Origin: Mycobacterium tuberculosis H37Rv
Lineage (GTDB): Bacteria > Actinomycetota > Actinomycetes > Mycobacteriales > Mycobacteriaceae
Reading direction: 5' to 3'
Assembly: GCF_000195955.2 (NCBI RefSeq)
Contig: NC_000962.3
Span: 3,210,001-3,242,000, forward strand
Length of the DNA stretch: 32,000 bases
A program made the translations under genes and the position numbers. Each line of letters begins with the position of its first letter. The first letter of the stretch is position 1. Below are positions 18,244 through 29,470 of this stretch, one piece after another. The notes beneath the pieces are model-generated. The model worked only from the letters and a program-made list of their open reading frames with translations. It ran no database searches and had not been told where the DNA came from.

Positions 18244-18253
18244 GCGTGCGATC

Positions 18254-20680
18254 CTAATCGCCGACGGGTTCGTCGACCACAACGTCGACGCTGGCGCCCA
18301 ACACCTCCAGCAGGTGTTGCTCGACCGCGGCTCTCGCGTCCAACTCCGCGGGGACCGTCACACAGAACACATCGGCCGCGGTCGATCCGAACGTATTGAC
18401 CTTCGCCCAGACAATGCCGGCTCCCGCGCCCTCCAGCGCCCCGGCCAGCAACGCGAGCAAACCCGCCCGATCCATGGCCCGAACTTCGAGGATCAGCTTG
18501 GCCGGCGCGGCGGTGTCGAGCCACAGGATGCGGGGCGGAGCGGCCGTACGAGTCACGGGCACCCCGGCCTGCACGTCCCCGGCCCGAGCGGATACCAAGC
18601 TGGCGGCATCGCTGTCCCGCTTCTGCAGCATGCCCAGCACGTCGACGTCGCCGTTGAGGGCACCGACAAACTGCTGACGCACCAACTCCGCCGCGGGCGG
18701 GGACCCAAACAGTGGTGACACCACAAACTCGGTTATCGCGACACCCTGGTGGACGTTGACCGACGCCGAATGTACGCGCAGCGAGTTCAGCGCCAGCACC
18801 GCGGCGGCTTTCGACACCAGTCCCCGCTCGTCCGGCGCCACTATTACGGCGTCGATGCGTTCACCGTCGCGCGGACTAATCTCCACATGCACCCCGTGGT
18901 CGGCCGCCAGCGAAAGATAATGGGGTGCAGTCGGTTCGGCTTGAGGCAGCGACTCTCCGGCCATCACCATCCGGCAGCGACGCACCAGGTCATCGACCAG
19001 TGACGCCTTCCAATCGCTCCACACCCCGGGGCCGGTGGCCTTCGAGTCCGCCTCCGACAGGGCGTGCAAAACTTCGAGCAGTTGCGGATCCCCACCCAGC
19101 GCCTCGGACACCGCCTCGATGGTTTTGGGGTCGTTTAAGTCACGTCGGGTTGCCGTAATCGGCAGCAGCAGGTGGTGGCGGACCAGCTTGGAGAGCGTCC
19201 GCACGTCCGGCGGCGACAACCCCAGCCTGGTGCAAACCGGGATTACCAATTCGGCCCCGAGCACACTGTGATCGGTGCCCCGTCCCTTGCCGATGTCGTG
19301 CAGCAGCGCGCCAAGCGCAAGCAGGTCGGGACGTGCCACCCGGGTGGCCAGTGGCGCCGCATGCACCGCGGTCTCGACCACGTGTCGGTCAACCGTCCAC
19401 TTGTGGGCGACGTCGCGCGGCGGAAGGTCGCGAATGGGCTCCCATTCCGGCAACAACCGGCCCCAGAGCCCGGTTCGGTCGAGCGCTTCGATGGTAGCCA
19501 CCGTGGTGGGGCCGGCGGAGAGCACAACTAGTAAGTCGTCCAATGCCTCTTGCGGCCAGGGAGTCGGCAGATCCGGGACGCTGGCGGCCAACCGGCTCAG
19601 GGTGGCGGCGCCAATGGGCAATCCGGTGTCGGCCGACGCGGCGGCCACTCGGAGCACCAGGCCGGGATCGTGTTCGGGTTCGGCGTCGCGGGCGAGCACG
19701 ATTTCGCCGGCATACTCGACGACACCCTCGTCGAGCGGTCGCCGCTTTGGCCGCCGCACCAAGGCCGAGATGCCGCGCCGCGGCAATGCATTCGCCGCAG
19801 TCCGCAGCCCGGCTTCGGCGTGGTAACCGATGGTGCGGCCAGCACTCGACAGTGTGCGCGCCAAATCGAATCGGTCACCGAAACCCAACGCGGCGCTGAT
19901 CTCGTCGGCGAACTGGGCCAGCAGGTGGTCGCGTCCGCGGCCCGACACCCGGTGCAGTTCGGTGCGCACATCCAGCAAGGTGCGATACGCACCGTCCAGC
20001 GAACCCGCCGGCAGGTCCGTGTGGCCGATACCGTGCCGGTCGATGAGCTGGGCGAGAGCCAGCGCGTCTAGCAACTGGACGTCCCGAAGGCCGCCGCGAC
20101 CCAATTTGAGATCGGGCTCTGCGCGCTGCGCGATCCGGCCACAGCGCCGCCAACGCGCATATGTCATTTCGACGAGTTCGCCCATGCGGGAACGAATTCC
20201 GTTGCGCCACTGGCGTCGCACGCCGTCGATCAACGCGAACGAGAGCTGCTGATCGCCGGCGATGTGGCGGGCTTCCAGCATGCCTAGAGCGGCCATCAGA
20301 TCGGAATTGGCGATGGTCAATGCCTCACTAACCGTTCGCACACTGTGATCGAGCCGAATGTTGGCATCCCACAACGGATACCACAACCTGTCGGCGACGG
20401 GCCGCAAGATGTCAGCAGGCTTGCCATCGTGCAACAGCAACACGTCCAGGTCCGAATACGGCAGCAGCTCGCGGCGGCCGAGCCCGCCGACCCCGACGAT
20501 TGCAAAACCACTGGCATCGGCGATCCCGATCTCGTCGGCCTTGTCGATCAGCCAAGACTCATGCAGATCCAGCCACGTCTGCCGCAGCCCGACCGGATCC
20601 AGCTCGCGATGGTTGCCGGACAGCAGCTCGCGTCGGGCGACAGCTAAATCGCTTGCGGCACAAGGACTTTCTGCCTCCAT
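18254..20680 (-). CDS. glnD: PII uridylyl/adenylyl-transferase GlnD
   Basis: 808-aa ORF with the nucleotidyltransferase motif [19 protein letters not shown], the HD domain LLHDIGKG, and two C-terminal ACT-like segments. Confidence 0.95.
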
Positions 20681-20737
20681 CTCCCTCGCTAGCGCTAATT
20701 GGTGCGGCCGGGTTGGTTCAGCACAGTGCGGCTAGTT

Positions 20738-22506
<1,769 letters not shown>

Positions 22507-22608
22507 TCGCTATCACCTCCAGTCGAGCGTTGGCACGGCCCCAGCCTTACGACTGACGACCTGATCCAGAACCATGCGCACTAGTTGTTGCGGCGATGGT
22601 GCCGCCAT

Positions 22609-22650
22609 GTTTCATCAGGATTAACGTAAAACTTGCTGTGAAAGAGCTTT
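22609..22650 (-). promoter_or_regulatory. AT-rich patch upstream of amt, a candidate amt-glnB-glnD promoter with GlnR-type operator half-sites
   Basis: 15 of 42 positions are G/C (36%) against about 65% background. The gene-sense sequence is CTTTCACAGCAAGTTTTACGTTAATCCTGATGAAAC. It contains TTCAC, TTTAC, GTTAA and GAAAC pentamers that resemble GlnR a/b half-sites, but the spacings do not fit the n6 consensus I recall. Confidence 0.3.
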
Positions 22651-22866
22651 CCGTGGCGATCGCAAGCGCGGCGCAGCCGCGCGCAGCGGGTCGCCACCAT
22701 CAGACCCCGTGGCGATCGCAAGCGCGGCGCAGCCGCGCGCAGCGGGTCGCCACCATCAGACCCCGTGGCGATCGCAAGCGCGGCGCAGCCGCGCGCAGCG
22801 GGTCGCCACCATCAAACCCCGTGGCGATCGCAAGCGCGGCGCAGCCGCGCGCAGCGGGTCGCCACC
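22651..22866. repeat. MIRU-class tandem repeat, 56-bp unit x about 3.9 (candidate VNTR-3232/QUB-3232)
   Basis: Units at 22651-22706, 22707-22762, 22763-22818 (one G>A) and a partial unit at 22819-22866. The unit is ccgtggcgatcgcaagcgcggcgcagccgcgcgcagcgggtcgccaccatcagacc. The array abuts the ftsY stop (22871-22873). Confidence 0.95.
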
Positions 22867-22870
22867 TCGG

Positions 22871-24139
22871 CTAGCCGAGCAGGGCGTCGACGAATGCGGC
22901 GGGTTCGAAAGGCGCCAGGTCATCGGGGCCTTCACCAAGCCCGACCAGCTTCACCGGCACCCCAAGTTCCTGTTGAACGCGGAACACAATGCCGCCCTTG
23001 GCCGTTCCGTCCAGTTTGGTGAGCACCGCGCCGCTGATGTCGACGACCTCGGCGAACACTCTGGCCTGCGCCAACCCGTTCTGTCCGATCGTGGCATCGA
23101 GCACCAGCAACACCTCGTCAACGGACGCTCGCCGAGTCACCACGCGCTTGACCTTGTCCAGCTCGTCCATCAGGCCAACCTTGGTGTGCAGCCGCCCGGC
23201 TGTATCGATGAGCACGACGTCTGCGCCGGCGGCGATGCCCTTGTCGACGGCGTCGAACGCCACCGATGCCGGGTCGGCGCCTTCGGGCCCGCGAACCACC
23301 GCTGCGCCAACCCGCGCCGCCCAGGTCTGTAGCTGATCGGCGGCGGCCGCACGGAAGGTGTCAGCCGCACCGAGTACGACCCGTCGGCCGTCGGCCACTA
23401 GTACCCGCGCCAACTTGCCGACCGTGGTGGTTTTTCCGGTGCCGTTGACGCCGACGACCAGCAACACCGAAGGATGGCCGGCGTGCGGTAGCGCGCGGAT
23501 CGAGCGGTCCATGCCAGGTTGCAGTTCGTTGATCAGGACGTCACGCAATACCGCCCGGGCGTCGGCCTCGGTACGCACGTTGCCGCTGGCCAGGCGGCTG
23601 CGCAGCTGCGACACCACCGACGCGGTGGCCGCCGGTCCCAGGTCGGCGACCAGCAGGGTGTCCTCGACGTCTTGCCAGGAGTCCTCGTCCAGGTCGCCGC
23701 CGCCGATCAGTCCCAACAGGCCGCGCCCGAGGGCATTCTGCGATCTGGCGAGCCGTCCGCGCAGTCGTTCCAATCGACCTTCGGGCGGCGCGATGGCGTC
23801 AGCCTCGGGGACCTCTGGAGCCTGGGGTTCTGGCTCAAACTCGGGAAGGTGTACGTCGGCGATCGTGCGCTTGGGCGCGTCGCGAGGGACGGTCGCATCG
23901 TCGCCCACGGCGGGCAGTCCGCTCGTATCGATCCGCTCGGCCGGCTGGGTCGTCGGCGTCTGACTAAACGTGATGCCAGACGATGCGGTGTAACCGCCTG
24001 AGCGGTCGACAACGCCGCGCTCGGGCCGAGGCGACAGACTGATGCGCCGCCGACGGTAGAGCACCAGCCCCAGGGTCAGCGCAGCGATGACGACCAGGGC
24101 GGCGATGACCGCCGTGGCGATCCACAAACCTTCCCACAC
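22871..24139 (-). CDS. ftsY: Signal recognition particle receptor FtsY
   Basis: 422-aa ORF with a GTG start (cac 24137-24139). N-terminal TM helix, acidic/Pro-rich linker, and NG-domain motifs GVNGTGKTTT, DTAGR and TKLDGT. Confidence 0.96.
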   Translation of the reverse strand: MWEGLWIATAVIAALVVIAALTLGLVLYRRRRISLSPRPERGVVDRSGGYTASSGITFSQTPTTQPAERIDTSGLPAVGDDATVPRDAPKRTIADVHLPEFEPEPQAPEVPEADAIAPPEGRLERLRGRLARSQNALGRGLLGLIGGGDLDEDSWQDVEDTLLVADLGPAATASVVSQLRSRLASGNVRTEADARAVLRDVLINELQPGMDRSIRALPHAGHPSVLLVVGVNGTGKTTTVGKLARVLVADGRRVVLGAADTFRAAAADQLQTWAARVGAAVVRGPEGADPASVAFDAVDKGIAAGADVVLIDTAGRLHTKVGLMDELDKVKRVVTRRASVDEVLLVLDATIGQNGLAQARVFAEVVDISGAVLTKLDGTAKGGIVFRVQQELGVPVKLVGLGEGPDDLAPFEPAAFVDALLG

Positions 24140-24188
24140 GCTGACAATCCTTCCAGGGGTCGCTTGCCCCGATGCTTAGGGACGAACC

Positions 24189-27100
24189 CTACGAGGAATT
24201 GGTAACCAGCTGATCCACCTGCTGACCGCGCATGCGCTGCGAGATGACCGCGGTGATGCCGTCGTTCTGCATGGTTACGCCGTACAGTGCGTCCGCGACC
24301 TCCATCGTCGGCTTCTGGTGGGTGATGATGATGATCTGCGACTGCTCTCGCAGCTGTTCGAACAGGCTGAGCAGTCGGCGCAGGTTCACGTCGTCGAGGG
24401 CGGCCTCCACCTCGTCCATGATGTAGAACGGCGATGGACGGGCACGAAAGATCGCGACCAGCATCGCCACCGCGGTCAGCGCCTTCTCGCCACCGGAGAG
24501 CAAAGACAGTCGGGTAATCTTCTTGCCCGGCGGGCGGGCTTCGACCTCGATGCCGGTGGTGAGCATGTCGTCGGGCTCGGTCAGCCGCAGCCGTCCTTCA
24601 CCACCGGGGAACAATGCGGTGAACACGCCGCGAAATTCGCGTTCCACGTCTACGAACGCGTCATTGAACACCTGCAGGATGCGGGCGTCAACATCGGCGA
24701 CGACGCCCAGCAGATCCTTGCGGGCAGCCTTGACATCCTCGAGTTGGGTGGACAGGAAATTGTAGCGCTCCTCCAAGGCAGCAAACTCTTCGAGCGCCAG
24801 CGGGTTGACCCTGCCCAACTCGGCAAGCGCACGCTCGGCGCGTTTGGCCCGGCGCTCCTGGGTAACCCGGTCGAACGGCATGGGGGCGGGCGCAATCACC
24901 TGCTCGCCGCGTTCGCGGGCTTGCTCGAACTCAGCCATCTCGAGCTCGGTCGGTGGTAGCGCCACATGTGGACCGTATTCGGTGATCAAGTCGGCCGGCG
25001 CCATTCCGAACTGCTCTAGCACCATCTGCTCAAGCTGCTCGATACGCAGCGCCGCCTGCGCGTTAGCCAGCTCGTCGCGGTGCAGCGAATCGGTGAGTTC
25101 CCCCACTCGGGCGCTCAGCGTGTTCACCTCGTCGCGCACCGCGGCCATCGCCGCTAACCGCTGCTGACGTTGCGCGGCCGACGCGTCGCGCAGTTGCGAC
25201 GCCCCGTCCACCGCCCGGTGCAACCGCCCGGCCAGCAGCCGTCCGCAGTCGGCGACCGCTGCGGCCACCGCGGCCGCATGCAGTCTTGCGGCGCGTGCTT
25301 GCTGAGCCCGCACCCGCGCCTCACGTTCCGCCGCAGCCGCACGGCGCAGCGAATCGGCCCGCCCGCGAACCGCGTTGGCGCGTTCCTCGGCGGTGCGCAC
25401 CGCCAGCCGGGCTTCCACTTCGACACCGCGGGCGCGATCGGCAGCGGCACTGATCGCCTGGCGGTCGATCGGTTGGGCCACCTGCACCCGTTGGGTCTCC
25501 TGGGCCTTACGCAGCTGGGTCTCAAGTTGTATGACGTCGTCGAGAGTCTGTGTGCGCACGGCTTCCTGTTCCGTACGCTGCTGCAGCAACCGGTTCCACT
25601 CTTCTTCCGCCGCGCGGGCCTCCTGCCCGAGGCGGCCCAGCTGCTCGTACATCGCCGAGATGGCCGTGTCGGATTCGTTAAGCGCGGCCAAGGCTTGCTC
25701 GGCCGCGTCCTGGCGGGCGGACTGCTCGGTCAGCGCACCGGCCAGGGCCGCATTCAATTGCGCCGCCAGCGCCTCGGCAGCGGCCAGCTCACTCCTGGCC
25801 TTGTCGATCTCGGAGGTGACCTCCAAGGTGGACAGCTTGCGGTCCGATCCGCCGCTGACCCAGCCGGCGCCCACCAGATCACCGTCAACGGTGACCGCGC
25901 GTAGCTCCGGACGAATCTCGACCAGGCCCATTGCCTCAGTCAGGTCGTTGACCACCGCGACACCCGAAAGCATGGCGATCATCGCGCCAACCAACTGCGG
26001 TGGAGACTCGACCAGGTCTAGGGCCCACTGGGCGCCGCTAGGCAGCATCTCCCCCGAGGCGGATTGGGGGGCTTGCGGGGCCGGCCAGTCACTCAGCACG
26101 AGGACCGCGCGACCGCCGTCGGCTTGTTTGAGTGCGCTGACGGCACTACCCGCGGCAGTCAGGCCGTCCACCGCAAGTGCGTCGGCCGCCGGCCCGAGCG
26201 CCGCGGCCAGTGCCGCTTCATAGCCGGAACGTACCTTCACCAATTGGGCGATCGAACCGAAAAGCCCTGCGCCACTGCGATTGTGCGCCAGCCACGCCGC
26301 GCCGTCCTTGCGCTGTAGCCCCACTGCGAGCGCATCGATGCGAGCCCGTAGCGATGCCACCTGGCGTTCGGCGGCGCGTTCGGCGGATTGCAGCTCGGCG
26401 ACGCGTTCGTCGGCCAACCGCAACGCGGCCACAGTACGCTCGTGGTGCTCATCCAGGCCGACCTCGCCTTGATCCAGTTCACCGATGCGGCCCTGCACGG
26501 TTTCGAACTCGGCTCGGGTCTGCTGGGCGCGCATTGCGGCATCCTCGATCCGCTCGGACAACCGTGCCACGCTCTCATCGATCGATTCGACACGCGCCCG
26601 CATGGTCTCCACCTGGCCAGCCAGCCGCGCCAGTCCCTCACGGCGGTCCGCCTCCTCCCGGACCGCCGCCAGGTGTGCCCGGTCGGCCTCGGCGGCGCGG
26701 CGCTCCCGGTCGGCCAGCTCTGCACGGGCAGCATCGAGTCGGGCACGCGCCGCGTCCAGCTCCGCTAACAGTTGTTGCTCGGCGACGGCCACCTGCTGGG
26801 CCTCGGCTTCTAGCTCCTCGGGCTTTCTGGGGTCGGTGTCGCTGACCGCTACCGGCTCGATATCGAGATGATGGGCGCGTTCGCTGGCGATGCGCACCGT
26901 AGCGTCCACCCGTTCGGCCAGCGCAGACAGCCCGAACCAAGTGTGCTGGATCGACTCGGCCCGCGTCGAGAGTTCGGCGACCGCGGACTCATGCGCGGCC
27001 AGCTCCTCGGATGCCACCGCCAGCCGGGCGGCGGCCTCGTCATGCTCGCGGCGCATCGCAGCCTCGGCCTGAAAGACCGCTTCCCGTTCGGCTCTGCGGC

Positions 27101-27806
27101 TTACCAAGTCGTCGGCCGCCAGGCGCAGCCGGGCGTCGCGCAGATCGGCTTGGATGGCCGCGGCACGCTGGGCCGCCTCGGCCTGCCGGCCCAGCGGTTT
27201 GAGTTGACGCCGGAGCTCGGTGGTCAGATCGGTGAGCCGGGCCAGGTTCGCCGCCATCGTGTCGAGTTTGCGCAGAGCTTTTTCCTTGCGCTTGCGATGC
27301 TTGAGCACACCGGCGGCTTCCTCGATGAACGCCCGCCGATCCTCAGGCCGCGACTGCAAGATCTCCTCGAGCTTCCCTTGCCCAACAATCACATGCATCT
27401 CACGGCCGATGCCGGAGTCGCTCAGCAACTCCTGCACATCCATCAAACGGCAACTGCTGCCGTTGATTTCGTATTCGCTGGCACCGTCGCGAAACATTCT
27501 TCGGGTGATCGACACCTCGGTGTATTCGATAGGCAGTGCGTTGTCGGAGTTGTCGATGCTAACGGTGACTTCGGCGCGGCCCAGCGGCGCACGCGACGAG
27601 GTGCCGGCGAAGATGACGTCTTCCATCTTGCCGCCGCGCAGCGTCTTTGCCCCCTGCTCCCCCATCACCCACGCCAGGGCATCGACCACATTGGATTTGC
27701 CGGAGCCGTTGGGCCCAACGACGGCCGTAATGCCCGGCTCGAAGCGTAAAGTCGTCGGCGCGGCGAAGGACTTGAAGCCCTTCAACGTCAGACTCTTGAG
27801 GTACAC
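24189..27806 (-). CDS. smc: Chromosome partition protein SMC
   Basis: Track ORF 24189..28058 trimmed to GTG 27806 ([15 protein letters not shown]...), 12 nt after the acyP stop. The longer form would overlap acyP with an Arg/Pro-rich sequence. Walker [10 protein letters not shown], long coiled coils, signature LSGGEKAL, Walker [13 protein letters not shown]. Confidence 0.95.
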
Positions 27807-27817
27807 GAGGGGCCAGA

Positions 27818-28099
27818 TTACCGCTCGCTGAACCCGGTGATCTGCTCCGTCGACTGCGACCAGTCGGCGACGACTTTGGCGACGCGGCCCGGTGTCGTGT
27901 CGCCCTGCAGCAGCTGCAGCAGCTTCTGGCACGCAGCGCGCGGACCCTGGGCGACCACCAGCACGCGTCCGTCGGCGTGGTTGGCCGCGTAACCGGTCAG
28001 GCCGAGCTCCAACGCTCGGCAGCGGGTCCACCAGCGGAAACCGACTCCCTGCACCCACCCGTGCACCCAGGCGGTCAGCCGCACGTCAGGCGCCGACAT
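27818..28099 (-). CDS. acyP: Acylphosphatase
   Basis: 93-aa ORF with the acylphosphatase signature [16 protein letters not shown] 28097-28099 overlaps the end of the upstream OsmC-like gene by 14 nt. Confidence 0.9.
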   Translation of the reverse strand: MSAPDVRLTAWVHGWVQGVGFRWWTRCRALELGLTGYAANHADGRVLVVAQGPRAACQKLLQLLQGDTTPGRVAKVVADWSQSTEQITGFSER

Positions 28100-28499
28100 C
28101 GACGACCTCCAAGTTGACCGTGGTGCCCGACTTGAGGGTGCGCCCGACGGTGCACGCCAGCTCCACCGCGCGGTTGATGACCACCAGCAGACGCTCCTTT
28201 TCGTCCTCGGTGAGGCCCGACAAGTCGAGCTCCATGGTCTCCTCGATCAGGGGATAGCGCTCCTGGTCGCGGTCGGCCGCACCGGATACCTTGACCACCG
28301 CCTGGTAGTCGTCGCCGAGCCGCCGGGCCAGCGGCTGGTCACTGGCCATCCCGCTGCATGCGGCGAGTGCGATCTTGAGCAGCTCTCCGGGGGTGAATAC
28401 CCCGTCGACGTCCTCGGAGCCAACCAGCACCTGCGCCCCCCGCGTGCTGCGTCCGATGTAACGGCGCGTGCCGGTGCGCTCGACCCACAGTTGCGTCAT
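28086..28499 (-). CDS. OsmC/Ohr-family protein (Rv2923c-like)
   Basis: 137-aa ORF with the two conserved Cys contexts LAACSG and ELACTVGR typical of OsmC-like peroxiredoxins. Confidence 0.85.
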   Translation of the reverse strand: MTQLWVERTGTRRYIGRSTRGAQVLVGSEDVDGVFTPGELLKIALAACSGMASDQPLARRLGDDYQAVVKVSGAADRDQERYPLIEETMELDLSGLTEDEKERLLVVINRAVELACTVGRTLKSGTTVNLEVVDVGA

Positions 28500-28524
28500 G
28501 GCTTCTTTCTACCCGGGGGTCTTT

Positions 28525-28587
28525 GCGTCGAGATCGACGGCAGCGCCCCCGCGAGAGAGAGCATCGCGCTGACGTCGATCTCGATGC
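28525..28587. repeat. Imperfect 21-bp inverted repeat (stem-loop) between the fpg stop and the OsmC-like gene start
   Basis: Arms 28525-28545 (gcgtcgagatcgacggcagcg) and 28567-28587 (cgctgacgtcgatctcgatgc) give 19 Watson-Crick pairs, 1 G-T pair and 1 mismatch. The 21-nt loop contains (GA)4. Confidence 0.55.
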
Positions 28588-28600
28588 GTCAACACCCGCC

Positions 28601-29470
28601 CTACTTTCGGGGCCGCGGCTGGCATCGCGGGCAGTAGAACGACGAGCGGTTCATAAACCTCTCCCGGCGTATCACCGCGCCGCAGCGCCGACAGTTTTCG
28701 CCTTCGCGGCCATAAGCGTCCAGCGACCGCTCGAAGTAGCCCGACTCGCCGTTGACGTTGACATACAAAGAGTCGAACGAGGTGCCACCTTTCGCCAGCG
28801 CTTCGCGCATCACGTCGGCGGCGGCATGCAGGACCGCTCCCAGACGCCGGCACCTTAGTGTGGCGGCGACGTGGGCGCCGTTCACCTTGGCCCGCCACAG
28901 CGCCTCATCGGCATAGATGTTGCCGATTCCCGACACCACCCGCTGATCCAGCAGCTGGCGCTTGAGTTCGGAATGCTTGCGCCGCAACACTTTAACTACA
29001 GCGTCACAATCGAACCGCGGGTCAAGCGGGTCGCGCGCCAGGTGGGCGACCGGCACCGGTACCACGCTGCCGTCCACCGTCACCAGGTCGGCAAGCAGCC
29101 ACCCTCCGAAGGTCCGTTGGTCAGCGAAGCTCAGCACGGTCCCGTCGTCGAGCAGCGCGGAAATCCGGACGTGAGCGGCACACGGCACCGCCCCGAGCAG
29201 CATCTGCCCACTCATGCCCAGGTGCACCACGAGTGCGGTGTCCGTCGGCCTATGGACCCCAGCCGTATTGAGTGTCAACCACAGGTACTTGCCGCGCCGA
29301 TCGGTTCCGTTGATCCGCGCTCCCCGCAGCCGCGCCGTCAGATCCGCGGGCCCGGCATCGTGGCGGCGCACAGCGCGGGGGTGGTGCACCCGAACCTCGG
29401 TGATGGTCCGGCCGGTCACGTGAGCCTGCAAGCCGCGCCGCACCACCTCGACTTCGGGCAGCTCGGGCAT
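28601..29470 (-). CDS. fpg: Formamidopyrimidine-DNA glycosylase (Fpg/MutM)
   Basis: Track ORF 28601..29521 trimmed to ATG 29468-29470, which gives the universal Fpg N-terminus [15 protein letters not shown]-terminal zinc finger [25 protein letters not shown]. The 17 upstream codons are repeat-derived. Confidence 0.95.
   Translation of the reverse strand: MPELPEVEVVRRGLQAHVTGRTITEVRVHHPRAVRRHDAGPADLTARLRGARINGTDRRGKYLWLTLNTAGVHRPTDTALVVHLGMSGQMLLGAVPCAAHVRISALLDDGTVLSFADQRTFGGWLLADLVTVDGSVVPVPVAHLARDPLDPRFDCDAVVKVLRRKHSELKRQLLDQRVVSGIGNIYADEALWRAKVNGAHVAATLRCRRLGAVLHAAADVMREALAKGGTSFDSLYVNVNGESGYFERSLDAYGREGENCRRCGAVIRRERFMNRSSFYCPRCQPRPRK

Noticed and set aside
18244-18253. Looked for a terminator hairpin between the convergent helicase-like gene and glnD
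   Set aside because: Only 10 nt separate the stops, and I found no convincing stem-loop in the flanking 60 nt. Only short SalI-type palindromes (gtcgac) occur.
22651-22866. Possible CRISPR array interpretation of the tandem repeats (also 29471-29824)
   Set aside because: The units are directly abutting with no unique spacers, and no cas genes are present. The structure is that of MIRU-class VNTRs.
27807-28058. 84-codon N-terminal extension of smc (1289-aa track ORF)
   Set aside because: It would overlap nearly all of acyP in another frame and is Arg/Pro/Ala-rich. The conserved SMC N-terminus ([14 protein letters not shown], then GPNGSGKSN) begins at GTG 27806, just after the acyP stop.
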